Positions 20,792 to 31,828 of a stretch of 64,000 nucleotides of DNA are shown piece by piece (positions within the stretch are counted from its first letter, which is position 1; each line of letters begins with the position of its first letter). Source of the DNA: an uncultured delta proteobacterium. Lineage in GTDB: Bacteria; Myxococcota; Myxococcia; SLRQ01. The stretch covers positions 1,504,001 through 1,568,000 of the forward strand of contig CAVSGM010000002.1 in NCBI GenBank assembly GCA_963727485.1. The letters are read 5' to 3'. The notes beneath the pieces were generated by a model. It ran no database searches. It was not told the origin of the DNA and saw only the letters and a list, made by a program, of their open reading frames with translations. The translations under genes and the position numbers were made by a program.

Positions 20792-22647
20792 CGGCCATGC
20801 GGACCCAGCGCGTCGCCACCAACGAGACCTGCAACCAGAACTGCCCGTTCTGCAACGCCCGGCGTCCGGCCGAGGACCCGGCGTTCGTGGCCCGGTCCCG
20901 GGTCCTGGAGCGCATCGCAGGGGCCGCGGGCGCCGAGGAGCTGGTGCTCACCGGCGGCGAGCCCACCCTCCGCCGGGACCTCCCGGCGCTCATCGCCGCC
21001 GCCCGGGACGCCGGCGCCGGGTCGGTGGTCCTGGAGACCAACGCCACGGTGGTGGACGCCGCCCGGGCCCGGGGCCTCGCCGAGGCGGGCCTCACGCTGG
21101 CCCGGGTCCACCTGCCGGGCTGGGGCGACGCCTACGAGTCGGTGACCCGCAATCCCGGGAGCTTCGCGGCGGCCCTCGCCGGCGTCCGGGCCCTCGCCGG
21201 CGCCGGGGTGGCGGTGGAGCTTGCCGTGCCCCTGGTGGCGGGAACCCTGGACGCGGCCCCGACGATCCCGGCGGCGGTGCAGGAGGCCGGCCTCCCGGTG
21301 CGGGCCCTGGTCCTCGGCTGGCCCGTCGAGGGCCCCGATCCGGGTGCCCTCCTCGCCCCCGGGGACGCCGCCGCGGCGGTGGAGGCGGTGGAGGCCGAGG
21401 CCCGGCGGGTGGACCTGCCGGTGCGCCTCGCCGACGACGCGGCCCTGCCCCCGTGCCTCTTCGCCCACCCGGCCCGGGTGGCCCACCTCTTCAGCCTCAC
21501 CCGGGGCGGCAGCGCCCGGCCGGGGCTCGCCCACCTGCCCGCCTGCGACGGCTGCGCCGTCCGCGACCGGTGCCCGGGCCTCGCCGAGGCGACCCTCGCC
21601 CGGCACCCGGACCTCGAGGTCACACCCATCGTCGAGGACCGCCTCCGGCGCCGGCTCTCCACCATCGCCGACGTGGGCGCCCAGGTGGACCGGGAGCTCT
21701 ACCAGGACGACATGTACCGCCGGGAGACCGGCGAGGCGGTGCCCTCGCGGATCGTCCGGGTGAACTTCCGCTGCAACCAGGCGTGCACCTTCTGCTTCGT
21801 CTCCACCCACCTCCCCGCCGCCGACGACGCCGCGGTGGAGGCGGCAATCGTGGAGATGGCGCGCCAGGGCGGGGTGGTGGTCCTCTCGGGCGGCGAGCCC
21901 ACCCTCAACCGCCGGCTCCTCGACTACGTGCGCCTCGCCCGCCGGGAGGGCGCCCCGGAGGTGGAGCTGCAGACCAACGCCATCAACCTCGGGGACCGGG
22001 CGCGGGTCGACGCCCTGGTCGAAGCCGGGGTGACCCAGACCTTCATCTCCCTCCACGGGCCCACCGCCGCCATCTCCGACACGGTGACCCGGGCCCCGGG
22101 GACCTTCGAGAAGACCGTCGCCGGCATCGACCAGGTGGTGGCCGCCGGCCTCACCGCCCGGCTGAACTTCGTGTTCTGCCAGGCCAACCTCGAGAGCTTC
22201 CCCGACCACGTGGACCTGGTGGCCCGGCGCTGGCCCGGCGCCGAGCTCGCCGTGAGCTTCGTCGCCGCCTCCACCGACGTGGTCCCCCGGAGCCGCGAGC
22301 TGGTCCCCCGCTACGTCGAGGTCCTCCCGGCCCTCGCCGAGGGGATGCGCCGGGCCGAGGCCACGGGCCTCAGGGTCCTGGGCTTCGAGTCCATGTGTGG
22401 CATCCCCTTGTGCCTGGTGCCCCGGAGCCTCGAGAACTACCTCGACCTCGCCACCGTGCCCCCGGGCTTCGACCAGGGCGAGTTCCTCCACGCCGAGGCC
22501 TGCGAGGGCTGTGACCTCAAGGGCCGGTGCTTCGGGATCCGCCGGGGCTACGCCGAGCTCTACGGCACCAGCGAGTTCCAGGCGGTGCGGCTCAGCGACT
22601 CGGCGGCAGACGGTCCAGGTCCCGGGTCCCCGCCGCCAGGGGGCTGA
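20788..22647 (+). CDS. Tandem two-domain radical SAM protein (HxsC-like)
   Basis: CNQNCPFC and CNQACTFC, each with GGEPT and each followed by PxC...CxxCx5CxG. GTGA overlap with the halogenase stop. Confidence 0.9.
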   Translation: MTAMRTQRVATNETCNQNCPFCNARRPAEDPAFVARSRVLERIAGAAGAEELVLTGGEPTLRRDLPALIAAARDAGAGSVVLETNATVVDAARARGLAEAGLTLARVHLPGWGDAYESVTRNPGSFAAALAGVRALAGAGVAVELAVPLVAGTLDAAPTIPAAVQEAGLPVRALVLGWPVEGPDPGALLAPGDAAAAVEAVEAEARRVDLPVRLADDAALPPCLFAHPARVAHLFSLTRGGSARPGLAHLPACDGCAVRDRCPGLAEATLARHPDLEVTPIVEDRLRRRLSTIADVGAQVDRELYQDDMYRRETGEAVPSRIVRVNFRCNQACTFCFVSTHLPAADDAAVEAAIVEMARQGGVVVLSGGEPTLNRRLLDYVRLARREGAPEVELQTNAINLGDRARVDALVEAGVTQTFISLHGPTAAISDTVTRAPGTFEKTVAGIDQVVAAGLTARLNFVFCQANLESFPDHVDLVARRWPGAELAVSFVAASTDVVPRSRELVPRYVEVLPALAEGMRRAEATGLRVLGFESMCGIPLCLVPRSLENYLDLATVPPGFDQGEFLHAEACEGCDLKGRCFGIRRGYAELYGTSEFQAVRLSDSAADGPGPGSPPPGG

Positions 22648-24946
22648 CCTCCAGGGGCAGGCCCAGGGCCGCGCACCGGGCCGAGAGGCGATCCACCGCG
22701 GCGGCGGCGTCGGCGAGGCGGTCGAGGCCGACCGCGTCGAGGGCGACCTCCAGGCGCAGCTGGCCGGCCCCGAGCGTCCGGGCGAGGTCCGCGTAGTCGG
22801 CGACGGCGTCGAGGACACCGGCGGAGAGGGGTAGCCGCAGCTCCAGGCCTTCGAGCCCCGCCGCCGTCAGCGCCCGGATCCCCGCCACCGCCTGGTCGAA
22901 GCCCCCGGGGTCCCGGCTGCAGGCGTCGGCGAGGTCGGCCCGGGGGCCGAAAAGCTTGACGCTGGCCCCGGCGAGGCCCGCGCGCACCGCCGCCTCGGCG
23001 AAGCCGGGCACCGAGAACCGCCGGCCGTTGGTCACCACCGCCACCGTGCGTCGGTCCTCCCCCCGGGCGCGGCGTACCAGGGCCAGGAACCGCGGGTGGA
23101 CCGAGGGCTCGCGGCCGGCGAGGATCACCGGGCGCCCCGTGGTCCGGGCGGCGTCGACCCGGGCGGCGGCGGCGGCCTCGGCGTCGTCGAGCCAGCGGTC
23201 CCGGTGGGCGCAGGTGGGGCAGCCGTTGTTGCAGGCCCCGGCGAAGGCCACCAGGGCGCCGTGGTCGCTGGTGCCGCGGGGGGGTGCGCCTGCCGGGCGC
23301 GCCGGGGACAGGAGGGCGTCGAGGCGGGCCCCGAGGGCGTCGAGGCCGGCGACGACCCGGTCGGCGAGGGCGGGCACCGCCGCCTCGTCGCCGGCGTGCC
23401 GCCGGGCGAAGGCCACCGCGGCGGCGAGCTGCCCGGCCTCGGTCTCGTGGCCCAGGCGATCCCGGAGGCGTCGCGAGAGCCGTAGGCGAGCCGGGTCCCC
23501 GGCTCGAGGAAGCGCCAGGGGTGCTCGGGGTTGTAGCCCTTGCGCCGGCCAGCCCCGGCGTCGCCGTCGTCCCAGTGGTCGAGGAGGGCCCCGTCCCGGC
23601 GCGCGGCGTGGGTGATGGGCAGGTCGTGGTAGAGTCGCAGGCGGTTTCTGCCGAGCTCGTCGAAGAGCTCGCCGAGGCCGTGGCGGCGGAGGCGTCCCAG
23701 GCTCTCGTCGAGGTCGTCGAGGCTGGTCCAGGGGCTCCAGAGGATGAGGCTGTGGCCCCGGGCCCGGGCGTAATCGAAGGCGCCGGGGTGGTCCGCGGCG
23801 AGCTTGCGCATCGCCGCGATGGAGGCGACCAGGGCCTCGGCGTCGAGGCCCTTGTTGTAACGGACGAGCTCCCGATCGCTGAAGCTCTCGAAGCCGGTGA
23901 GGTAGAGCTCCACGGTCTGGCCGGTCTCCTCGGCGGCGGCGATGGCGGCCTCGGCGAGGCGGCGCTGGCGCCCGAAGGCGTCGGCCCGGGCGGCGAAGAG
24001 CCAGCGCACGGGCGGCACCCCCGCGGCCCGGGCCGCCCGGACCAGGTCGCCGAGGTAGCGCAGGGCCGCCTGGTCCCCGAGGACCAGCTCCTCGAGGTCG
24101 GGGGTCCGGTCGGCGAGGTAGCGCGCCTGGTCCACCAGCTCGGCGACCACCTCGGGGGCCGGGCGCTTCTGGTAGTCGCCGCCCATGGCGCAGAAGGCGC
24201 ACCCGAGCCGGGCGATGCCGGCGCCCTCCGGGAGCGCCACCCCGGCGTAGTGGGGGTTCGCCGCGGGGTCCTCGGCGTAGGGGCACCCCACGTCGCCGAA
24301 GAGGGTGCGCCGCACCACCTTCGGCGCCGGCTCGAGGCAGATGACGTCCTGGTCGAGGACCGGGGCGTAGGGCACCGCCGGTGCCGGGTCCGCCGGGGGC
24401 CCGGCCACCACCTCGCCGCCGGCACCCACCACCGTCACGCCCGGCGCCCCCCGGACCTCGGCGCCCCGGGAGAGGCGTTCGACCAGGGCGGCGAAGCCCG
24501 CCTGGAGCTCGGGGATCGTGGGCGTCCGGCGGGTGACGCCGCCCCGGGAGGTCCCCACCGCGAGGCCCACCGCGTAGCGGATCCCCTCGGAGACGTCGAA
24601 GGACTCGCCCCGGGACACCAGGACGCTGGCGGCGCCGGGTCGCCGGCGGAGGTGGGCGGCGATGGGCGCCGGGATCGAGGAGGCAATCGACGACCACGAG
24701 GTCCACCTGGTGGGCCTCGAGCCACTCCTCGAGGCGCCGGGCCACCTCCCGGTCCCGGCCCGGATCCCGGCCGTCGTAGTAGACGCGCACCACCCGGCCC
24801 CGGTGGCCGGCCCGGCGGGCGTCGGCGCACAGGAGGCCCAGCAGGGTGTCGGGGAAGAAGCCGTCGGCGGGCTCGCCGTAGGGGAGCACGAACCCCAGGG
24901 AGAGGGACCGGGTCTCGGCCGGCGTCTCGGTGGCTCGGTGGGTCAT
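22592..24946 (-). CDS. Two-domain radical SAM protein: atypical GC-x27-CxxC domain plus CxxxCxxC domain (frameshifts near 24670 and 23480)
   Basis: Pieces from two frames: MTHRATET...; GDVGCPY-(insert)-GCAFC...GFESFS; CNNGCPTC...AGREPS...VTNGRR. Confidence 0.72.
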   Translation of the reverse strand: MTHRATETPAETRSLSLGFVLPYGEPADGFFPDTLLGLLCADARRAGHRGRVVRVYYDGRDPGRDREVARRLEEWLEAHQVDLVVVDCLLDPGAHRRPPPPATRRRQRPGVPGRVLRRLRGDPLRGGPRGGDLPGRRHPPDAHDPRAPGGLRRPGRTPLPGRRGPGGAGRDGGGCRRRGGGRAPGGPGTGGALRPGPRPGRHLPRAGAEGGAAHPLRRRGVPLRRGPRGEPPLRRGGAPGGRRHRPARVRLLRHGRRLPEAPGPRGGRRAGGPGALPRRPDPRPRGAGPRGPGGPALPRRPGPGGPGRGGAARALALRRPGRRLRAPAPPRRGRHRRRRGDRPDRGALPHRLRELQRSGARPLQQGPRRRGPGRLHRGDAQARRGPPRRLRLRPGPGPQPHPLEPLDQPRRPRREPGTPPPPRPRRALRRARQKPPATLPRPAHHPRRAPGRGPPRPLGRRRRRGWPAQGLQPRAPLALPRAGDPARLRLSRRLRDRLGHETEAGQLAAAVAFARRHAGDEAAVPALADRVVAGLDALGARLDALLSPARPAGAPPRGTSDHGALVAFAGACNNGCPTCAHRDRWLDDAEAAAAARVDAARTTGRPVILAGREPSVHPRFLALVRRARGEDRRTVAVVTNGRRFSVPGFAEAAVRAGLAGASVKLFGPRADLADACSRDPGGFDQAVAGIRALTAAGLEGLELRLPLSAGVLDAVADYADLARTLGAGQLRLEVALDAVGLDRLADAAAAVDRLSARCAALGLPLEVSPLAAGTRDLDRLPPSR

Positions 24947-25098
24947 GGGCGCGGCGGGGCCCGGGGACCGGGGCCGACGCGACGACCATAGCCCCGGGGG
25001 CGCGAGGCGAACAACGGGGCCCCGGGCCGCCCTGGCGACCGGTCGCGCGGCCATGCTAGCGTCTCCTCGCCGTCCGCGCCCGGTGGCAGCCGACCCCG

Positions 25099-28000
25099 AT
25101 GACGTCCCCTCCAACCAAGGTCGCGCCCCCCGAGACCGGGGCCGTGGTGGTCCTGGGGAGCACCGGGCGCCTGGGGCCCGCGGTGCTCCGCGCCCTGGCT
25201 CCCCGGCCGGTGCGGGGCCTCTCCCGTCGCCTCCCGGGCCCCGACGAGGCGAAGGCACCGGTCTTCGTCGAGGCCGACCGCCGGGATCCCGAGGCCCTCC
25301 GCCGGCTGGTGGACGGGGCGGCGGCGGTGGTGGACCTCCTCGCCTTCGACGCCGGGGACGCCGACGCCCTCCTGCAGGCGGTGGCCGCCGCCGACGCGCC
25401 GCCAGGCCACCTGGTCTTCGTCTCCTCGGTCGCCGAGCTCGACCGCCCCCGGCCCGGCGCCCCGGCGGGCCCCGACGGCGCCTACGGCCGGGGCAAGCGC
25501 GCCGCCCGGCGGCGCTACGAGGCCGGCTTCCCCGGGACCGTCCACACCCTGGTGCTCCCGCGCCTGGTCGCCGAGGTCGACCCGGGCCTGCGCGACCGGC
25601 CCTACCTGGAGAGCGCGGCCGGGGGACGGGTCCTGGTCGCCGGGGACGGGTCTCAGCGCCAGACCGTGGCCCCGGTGGTCGGGGTCGCCGAGGTCGTCCG
25701 CCGCCTGGTCGACGACCCGAACGCCCTGCCCCCGGGGCCGGTGGTGGTGGGCCCGCCGGCGCCGGTGACGGTGTCCGAGCTGGTCGAGGCCCTCCTCGCC
25801 GGCGCGGGCCTCGAGGTGCCCCTGGCCCGGCACCCGGACCGGGACTGGCGCGGCCCCCACGGCGGCGGCGACGAGAATCCACGACACCTCGGCCCTCGCC
25901 CGGGCCTTCCCCGACCTCGCCTGGCCCGATCCCCGGGCGGTGAGCCGGCGCCACGGCGCCTGGCTGTGCCGGCACCTCCCCGAGGAAGCGCGGCCCCGGG
26001 ACACGGTGCAACAGCGCCAGAAGGCCTTCCGGGGGCACCGGGTGGTCGACGTCCACGGCGTCCGGGAGCCGCCGGCGCTCGCCGAGCCCCGCCCCGAGCT
26101 CGCCGAGCTCGCCGGGTGGCTCTCGCCGGCCTTCTACGTCGACACCGGCCGCCCCTGCAACGCCGCCTGCCTCTACTGCGCGGTCTCCCCCCACGCGGAC
26201 ACCGAGGGGTTCACGCCGCTCTCACGCTTCGACGACATGATCGCCGCCGGAAAGGCCGCCGGGGCCACCCGGGCGATCCTCATCGGCGGCGAGCCCACCA
26301 TCCACCCCCAGCTCGACGCCCTCCTCGGCCTTCTCGCCGACGCCGGGCTCCCCCGGGGGCACGTGATCATGACCAACGGCCTGCGCCTCGCCGACCCGGC
26401 GCGGGTCGACGCCCTGGTGGCCGGGGGCGTCGAGACCTTCCACCTGTCCATCGACACCGCGGACCCGGCGGTCTACCGGCGCCTCGCTCGCGGTGCCGGG
26501 CGTCTTCAGACCCAGCACCAGGCCCTCGACGGCCTCCTCCGGCGCTCGGAGCTGAACGTCTACGTCTACACCTGCGTCTCCCGGATGAACGCCCCGGGGC
26601 TCGGCGACCTCCTCGCCGACGTCGCTCGCCGGGCCGGGGCCGCCGGCCGGGCCCCGCCCCCGGTGGTCCTGGGCTTCGCCAAGCCCATCGGCGACGGCCT
26701 CACCCACGCCGACGCCCTCATCCCGCCCCCGGCCAATCGGGCCCGCATCGCCCGAGCGGCGGTGGCCGAGGCCGACCGCCTCGGGGTCCCCCTCGGCCTG
26801 CGCAACCTCCAGTCGTGCCTCGCCCCGGAGCTGGTGCGCCGCTCGGTGGACTACTACCTCGAGGACTTCTCGGTGGACCTGGAGCGACGGTCCCGGGTCC
26901 CCTACGCCCACGCCGAGTACTGGCGCCAGGGGGCGCCCTGCCACGCCTGCGCCGACCGGGGGGTGTGCACGGGGATCTACGAGGATGACCTCTCGCGGTT
27001 CGGGGCCGACGCCTTCCGGGCCCTCGCCGAGGACCCGGCCCTGGCGTCGCCGGCGCCGGTGCCCCCCGACGCGCCGCGGGAGGCGCCCGCCCGGGAGGAC
27101 GACGCGCCGGCGGTGGGTGACGCGTGGGAGGCGGGTGACGGACCGGAGGTGGACGACGCGCCGGCGGTGGGGATCCTGCGCCTGGCGGCCGCCGGCCACC
27201 GGCGCTTCCTCCTGCTGACCGAGGACCCGGCCGGCGCGCGCCCCTGCCTTGCCCGGGCCGGGGGCTTCGGCCTCTCCTACGAGGGCACCCTCTCGCCCCC
27301 GGCGCTCCGGGACACGGTGGTGTCCCTGGGCCAGCGCTTCGCCGCCGGGCCCCAGGACCCGGGCCCCCTCGACCGGGCCGTCGACCTGCTCCGCCGGGCC
27401 GCCGGCCCGGGCGCCGACCTCACCGAGGTGCGCCGCCTCCCCCGGGGGCAGCGCCTGGCCCGGTGGTCGCCCCGCCGGCGCCACGCGCCCCCGGCGACGG
27501 GCCCAGCCCTCTGGCCCTTCAATCCCGAGGTCCTGGGCCTCGTGGCGGGGACCCGGCGCCTGCTCAAGCGCGAGGTGGCCCGGGGCGACGACGCCGACAC
27601 CGAGACCGCGCGCCTCGTCGCCCGGGGCCTGGCGGTGCGAGCGGTGGACACCGGGGAGGCGGTGGTGCTCCTCGCCGCGCGGGAGGCCGGGGAGGCCGCC
27701 GCCGCCGAGGACGCCGAGCGCGCCCTGGGCCGGGGCGACGACGCCGACGCGGTCCGGCACCTGGGCGAGGCGCTCGGCTACCCGGCCTGCTGCGTGGCGG
27801 CAATCCAGGACGTGGGCAGCCACGACGACCTCACCCTCCGGGCCACCTGCCTCCCGCCCGCGGGCACGGCCCCGGCGCCGCCCCAGACCCAGTGGCTCCT
27901 CCCCGCCCTGGCCCTGGTGTCCCACGTCCCCTGCGGCCTCGACTGCGCGGCCACCTCGGCCCTGGCCAATCGCCTCCTCGCCGCCCTCGACGCCGACTGC

Positions 28001-28279
28001 CCGGGCTTCGCCGACCGCTGGCGGGCCCTGGCCCGGCGCCTCCACCTGGTGGACCGCGAGGGCCGCGCCTTCTCCCTGGCCCTCGAGCCCGGGCCCCTCG
28101 ACGGCGGCCGGGTGGTGGACGCCCTGCACCTGGCCCTCGACCCCTCGGCCCCGGGCGGGGTCCGCCTGGTGCCCCGGGGCGACCTCGCCGGCGCCCGGGT
28201 GGCGCTCTCGGCGGCGGGCGTGGCCCTCCGGGGGGCCGGCGCCCTCGAGGCCGCCCTCGCCGCCGACCACCGGGGGTAG
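25099..28279 (+). CDS. NAD-dependent epimerase/SDR - radical SAM - Cys-rich (DUF483-like) fusion (+1 frameshift near 25876)
   Basis: GSTGRLG and YGRGK; CNAACLYC, GGEPT, CHACADRGVCTG; LGYPACC and SHVPCGLDC. Removing one A joins the frames as DEIHDTSALARAFP. Confidence 0.75.
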
Positions 28280-28334
28280 GTCCGTCCCGGGGCCGCCTCG
28301 ACACGGGGACGAGCCCTCGGCGAGACTTGGGCCC

Positions 28335-30251
28335 GTGGACGCCCGACGCGTGGTCACCAACGAGACCTGCAACCAGAACTGCGGGTTCTGTGACGCCCGG
28401 CGTCCCACCGACGACCCGGTGCGCTTCGCCGGGCGCGCGGTGGCGACCCGGGTGGTGGCCGCGGCCCGGGACGGGGGCGAGGTGGTGCTCACCGGCGGCG
28501 AGCCCACCCGGCGCCGGGACCTGCCGTCGCTGGTGGCCCTCGCGCGGCGCGCCGGGGCCCGGCGGGTGATCCTGGAGACCAACGCCGCCCTGGTGGACGA
28601 CGCCCGGGCCTCCGCCCTCGCCGGCGCCGGCCTCGACCTCGCCCGGATCCACCTCCCGGCCACCGGCGCCGCCCTCGACGCCCTGACCCGGGACCCGGGA
28701 GGCTTCGAGGCCACCTGCCGGGGCGCCCGGGCCCTCGCCGACGCCGGGGTGGCCCTGGAGGCGGTGGCCCCCCTGGTGGCGGACAACGCCGCGACCCTCC
28801 CCGGGCTCCCGGCGGCCCTGGTGGACACGGGCCTGCCCTTCGGCGCCCTGCTCCTCCACTACCCCACCACCGGTGCCCCGGACCCGGCCACCCTCCTCGC
28901 CGCCGGCCGGGTCCCCGGGATCGTCGGCGCCGTCCTCGAGGCCGCCGCCGGGGTCGGCCTCCCGGTGCGCCTGGTCGGCGGCCTGGCGCGCCCGGGCCCG
29001 GAGGATCCCCGCCCCGGCGACGGCCCCTGGCAGGACGTCGCCCGGGCCCACCTCGCCGGCCACCCCGAGCGCCGCCTCGCCCTCGGGGCGCTCCTGCCCC
29101 CGGAGGCGCTCCCGGCCATCCGCTGCACCCTCCCCTGGCACCGCCTGGAGGTGAGCACCCGGCGCCTCGCCGGCCCCTGCTGCGCCGACTACCAGGCGCA
29201 CCCCCACCTCGCCCGGGCCCCGGACGTCGCCGCCCTCTGGAACGGCCCCGCCCAGCGCGCCTTCCGCCGGGCCCTCGCCGGCGAGGGCCACCCGGCCACC
29301 TGCCTCTCCACCTGCCCCATCCTCGCCGGCGGGAGCCACACCCCGGACCGCTTCGTCCTCCGGGGGGGCACCGCCGCCTTCGTGGACCACCAAATCGAGG
29401 TCGCCGAGGACCTCCTCGCCGGCCGGGAGACGGTCCGCGGCGGCCCCCTGGAGCTCGAGCTCCCGCCCACCACCTTCTGCAACTACGACTGCCTGATGTG
29501 CGAGTGGGGCGACGAGGGAACCCTCGAGGACGAGCTCCCCGCGGCCTTCTACGCCGGCCTCGCGCCGCTGCTCCCCGGGCTCTCGCGCCTCGAGGCCTCC
29601 GGGGGCGAGCCGCTGGCCTCCCCGGCGTTCCGCGCCTTCCTCGAGGGCCTCGACCGGGCCGCCCTCCCGGACCTGGAGGTGGGGCTGGTGACCAACGGCT
29701 CCTACCTGGCGCCGAAGGTCCTCGACGGGCTGGCCCACGTGCCCTTCTCCACCCTCACCGTGAGCCTCAACGCGGCCACCGCCGGGACCTACGAGACGGT
29801 GAACCGGGGCCTGCCCTTCGCCCGCGCCCGCGCGATCCTCGACGACCTCCTCTCCCGGCGCCGGGCGGGCACCCTCGCCTGCGGCATCACCTACAGCCTG
29901 GTGATCCTCGAGGCCAACCGGCACGAGATCCGCGCCTTCGCCGAGCTCGCCCACCGGGACGGGGTGGACGTGCGCTACATGCTCCCGATGTTCGACCGCA
30001 ACGGTCAGAGCATCATGACCCGGCCCGCGTCCATGGCCGCGGCCCTCGCCAATCTCGACGCGGTGGCCGCCGACCTCGAGGCCCGGGGGGACGCCCACGG
30101 CGCGGCCCTGGCCCGGGGCGAGGCGGACGTCCTTCGGGGGCGCCTCGAGGCGGGTCGGTTCACCCCCCTGCCCGACGGCCGCCACTTGGCCACCGAGCCG
30201 GCACCGGGTCCGACGCCGCGCCCGACCGGGGACGGTCCGTCGACGCCATAG
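28335..30251 (+). CDS. Two-domain radical SAM protein with internal SPASM/twitch-like segment
   Basis: CNQNCGFC + GGEPT; CTLPW...GPCC...CLSTCP; CNYDCLMC + GGEPL. Start codon uncertain. Confidence 0.85.
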   Translation: MDARRVVTNETCNQNCGFCDARRPTDDPVRFAGRAVATRVVAAARDGGEVVLTGGEPTRRRDLPSLVALARRAGARRVILETNAALVDDARASALAGAGLDLARIHLPATGAALDALTRDPGGFEATCRGARALADAGVALEAVAPLVADNAATLPGLPAALVDTGLPFGALLLHYPTTGAPDPATLLAAGRVPGIVGAVLEAAAGVGLPVRLVGGLARPGPEDPRPGDGPWQDVARAHLAGHPERRLALGALLPPEALPAIRCTLPWHRLEVSTRRLAGPCCADYQAHPHLARAPDVAALWNGPAQRAFRRALAGEGHPATCLSTCPILAGGSHTPDRFVLRGGTAAFVDHQIEVAEDLLAGRETVRGGPLELELPPTTFCNYDCLMCEWGDEGTLEDELPAAFYAGLAPLLPGLSRLEASGGEPLASPAFRAFLEGLDRAALPDLEVGLVTNGSYLAPKVLDGLAHVPFSTLTVSLNAATAGTYETVNRGLPFARARAILDDLLSRRRAGTLACGITYSLVILEANRHEIRAFAELAHRDGVDVRYMLPMFDRNGQSIMTRPASMAAALANLDAVAADLEARGDAHGAALARGEADVLRGRLEAGRFTPLPDGRHLATEPAPGPTPRPTGDGPSTP

Positions 30252-30277
30252 GCGGCGGTGCGCTAGGCTGCCGGGCG

Positions 30278-31828
30278 ATGGAGCCGGACACCCAGGTCGA
30301 GATTCAGCTCGGCCACATGTGCAACAACCGCTGCGTGTTCTGCGTGAGCGGCCAGCGCACCCAGATGCGCATGGCCCGGCCCCTCGAGACCGCCCCCATC
30401 CTCGCGCGCATCGAGGCCGCCCGCGCCGAGGGCCACCGGAAGATCACGCTCCTCGGCGGCGAGCCCACCCTCCAGCCGGGCTTCCTCGAGGTGGTACGCC
30501 GCTGCGTGGCGCTGGGCTTCGAGGAGATCGTCATCTTCACCAACGGGGTGAAGATCGCCCGGGCGGCGTTCATCGACGAGGTGCGCGCCACCGGCGGGCG
30601 CTTCAACTGGCGCATCTCCATCCAGGGCGCCACCAAGGAGAGCCACGAGCGCACCACCGGGCGGCCGGGCTCCTTCGACCGCATCGTCGCCGCCATGGGC
30701 CACCTCGCCGAGCGCGGCGAGAAGCTCACGGTGAACATGTGCGTGGTCGGCTCCAACTACGAGAGCGTCGACCACTTCCCCGACCTCCTCGACCGCTTCG
30801 GGGCCCGGCAGCTCCACCTCGACCTGATGCGCCCCCTCGACGCCGGGGAGCGCACCGACGCCGAGCTCGAGGCGATGATGGTCCCCTACTCGCAGATGGT
30901 CGGGCCCCTGACCCGGATGATCGCGGGCTTCCCCGAAGGCTTCGACGTGAACCTGGGGAACCTGCCGTTCTGCATCGCCCCCGAGCTCGCGCCGTACATC
31001 CACCACGACGGCGAGACCACCTACACGGTGGCCATCGAGGGCGACGACCAGCTCTCGCAGCCCTGGGACAAGTACCAGACCAAGCGCCGGGACAAGTTCC
31101 AGCCGGAGACCTGCCGCCCCTGCCTGTTCCGGGAGAAGTGCAGCGGGGTGTTCGAGCACTACGCGCGCTTCCACGGCACCGCCGAGCTGGTCCCGGTGGA
31201 TGCCGCGCGCCTGCGCCGCGCCGACCCCGGCCTGCGCCTGCTGCCGCTCCATCTCAAGCCGGTGATCGCCGGGCTCAAGGGGTTCCGGCCGCCGCCGCCG
31301 TTCACCGGCCTCGCGGCGAAGGAGACCGCCGACGACGAGGTGACCCTCACCCTCACCGGCCCCGAGCCCCTGGAGGTGGCGCTCCGGCGCCCCGGGGAGG
31401 TTGGGATCTGCGCCTTCGAGGGGATGAGCCTCCACCTCCGGGCGGTCCCCGGCGACCTCGCGGTGGCCCGGGCGGGGCTCGAGGCGCTGGTGGCGGCCCT
31501 GGCGGCCACCTGCGGGGCGCCCGTCCACCCCCTGGGCGACGACGCCCTCGCCCCCCTGCCCCGGACGGTGGCGGCGCGGCTGGGCCGCCTCCGGGGCGCC
31601 GCGCCCTTCCCCGGCCTCGCCTGGACCTCGGTGGCCGCCGCCGGGGGCCGGGTGGAGCTTGGCCTCGCGGATGCCGGCGGCGCCGAGCTGGCCTTCTGGC
31701 TCGCCGAGGAGGCCGGGCGGCCCACCGGGGGCTACCGGGTGGTCTCCGGGGCGCCGGCGCCGGCGGCCATCGAGGGCCTCAAGGCGATGATGGCGGCCCT
31801 GCGGCGGCCCCGCGCCGCGGCCGCCTGA
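30278..31828 (+). CDS. Radical SAM protein (HxsC-like) with C-terminal extension
   Basis: CNNRCVFC, GGEPT, NLPFC, CRPCLFREKCSG. Confidence 0.9.
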   Translation: MEPDTQVEIQLGHMCNNRCVFCVSGQRTQMRMARPLETAPILARIEAARAEGHRKITLLGGEPTLQPGFLEVVRRCVALGFEEIVIFTNGVKIARAAFIDEVRATGGRFNWRISIQGATKESHERTTGRPGSFDRIVAAMGHLAERGEKLTVNMCVVGSNYESVDHFPDLLDRFGARQLHLDLMRPLDAGERTDAELEAMMVPYSQMVGPLTRMIAGFPEGFDVNLGNLPFCIAPELAPYIHHDGETTYTVAIEGDDQLSQPWDKYQTKRRDKFQPETCRPCLFREKCSGVFEHYARFHGTAELVPVDAARLRRADPGLRLLPLHLKPVIAGLKGFRPPPPFTGLAAKETADDEVTLTLTGPEPLEVALRRPGEVGICAFEGMSLHLRAVPGDLAVARAGLEALVAALAATCGAPVHPLGDDALAPLPRTVAARLGRLRGAAPFPGLAWTSVAAAGGRVELGLADAGGAELAFWLAEEAGRPTGGYRVVSGAPAPAAIEGLKAMMAALRRPRAAAA

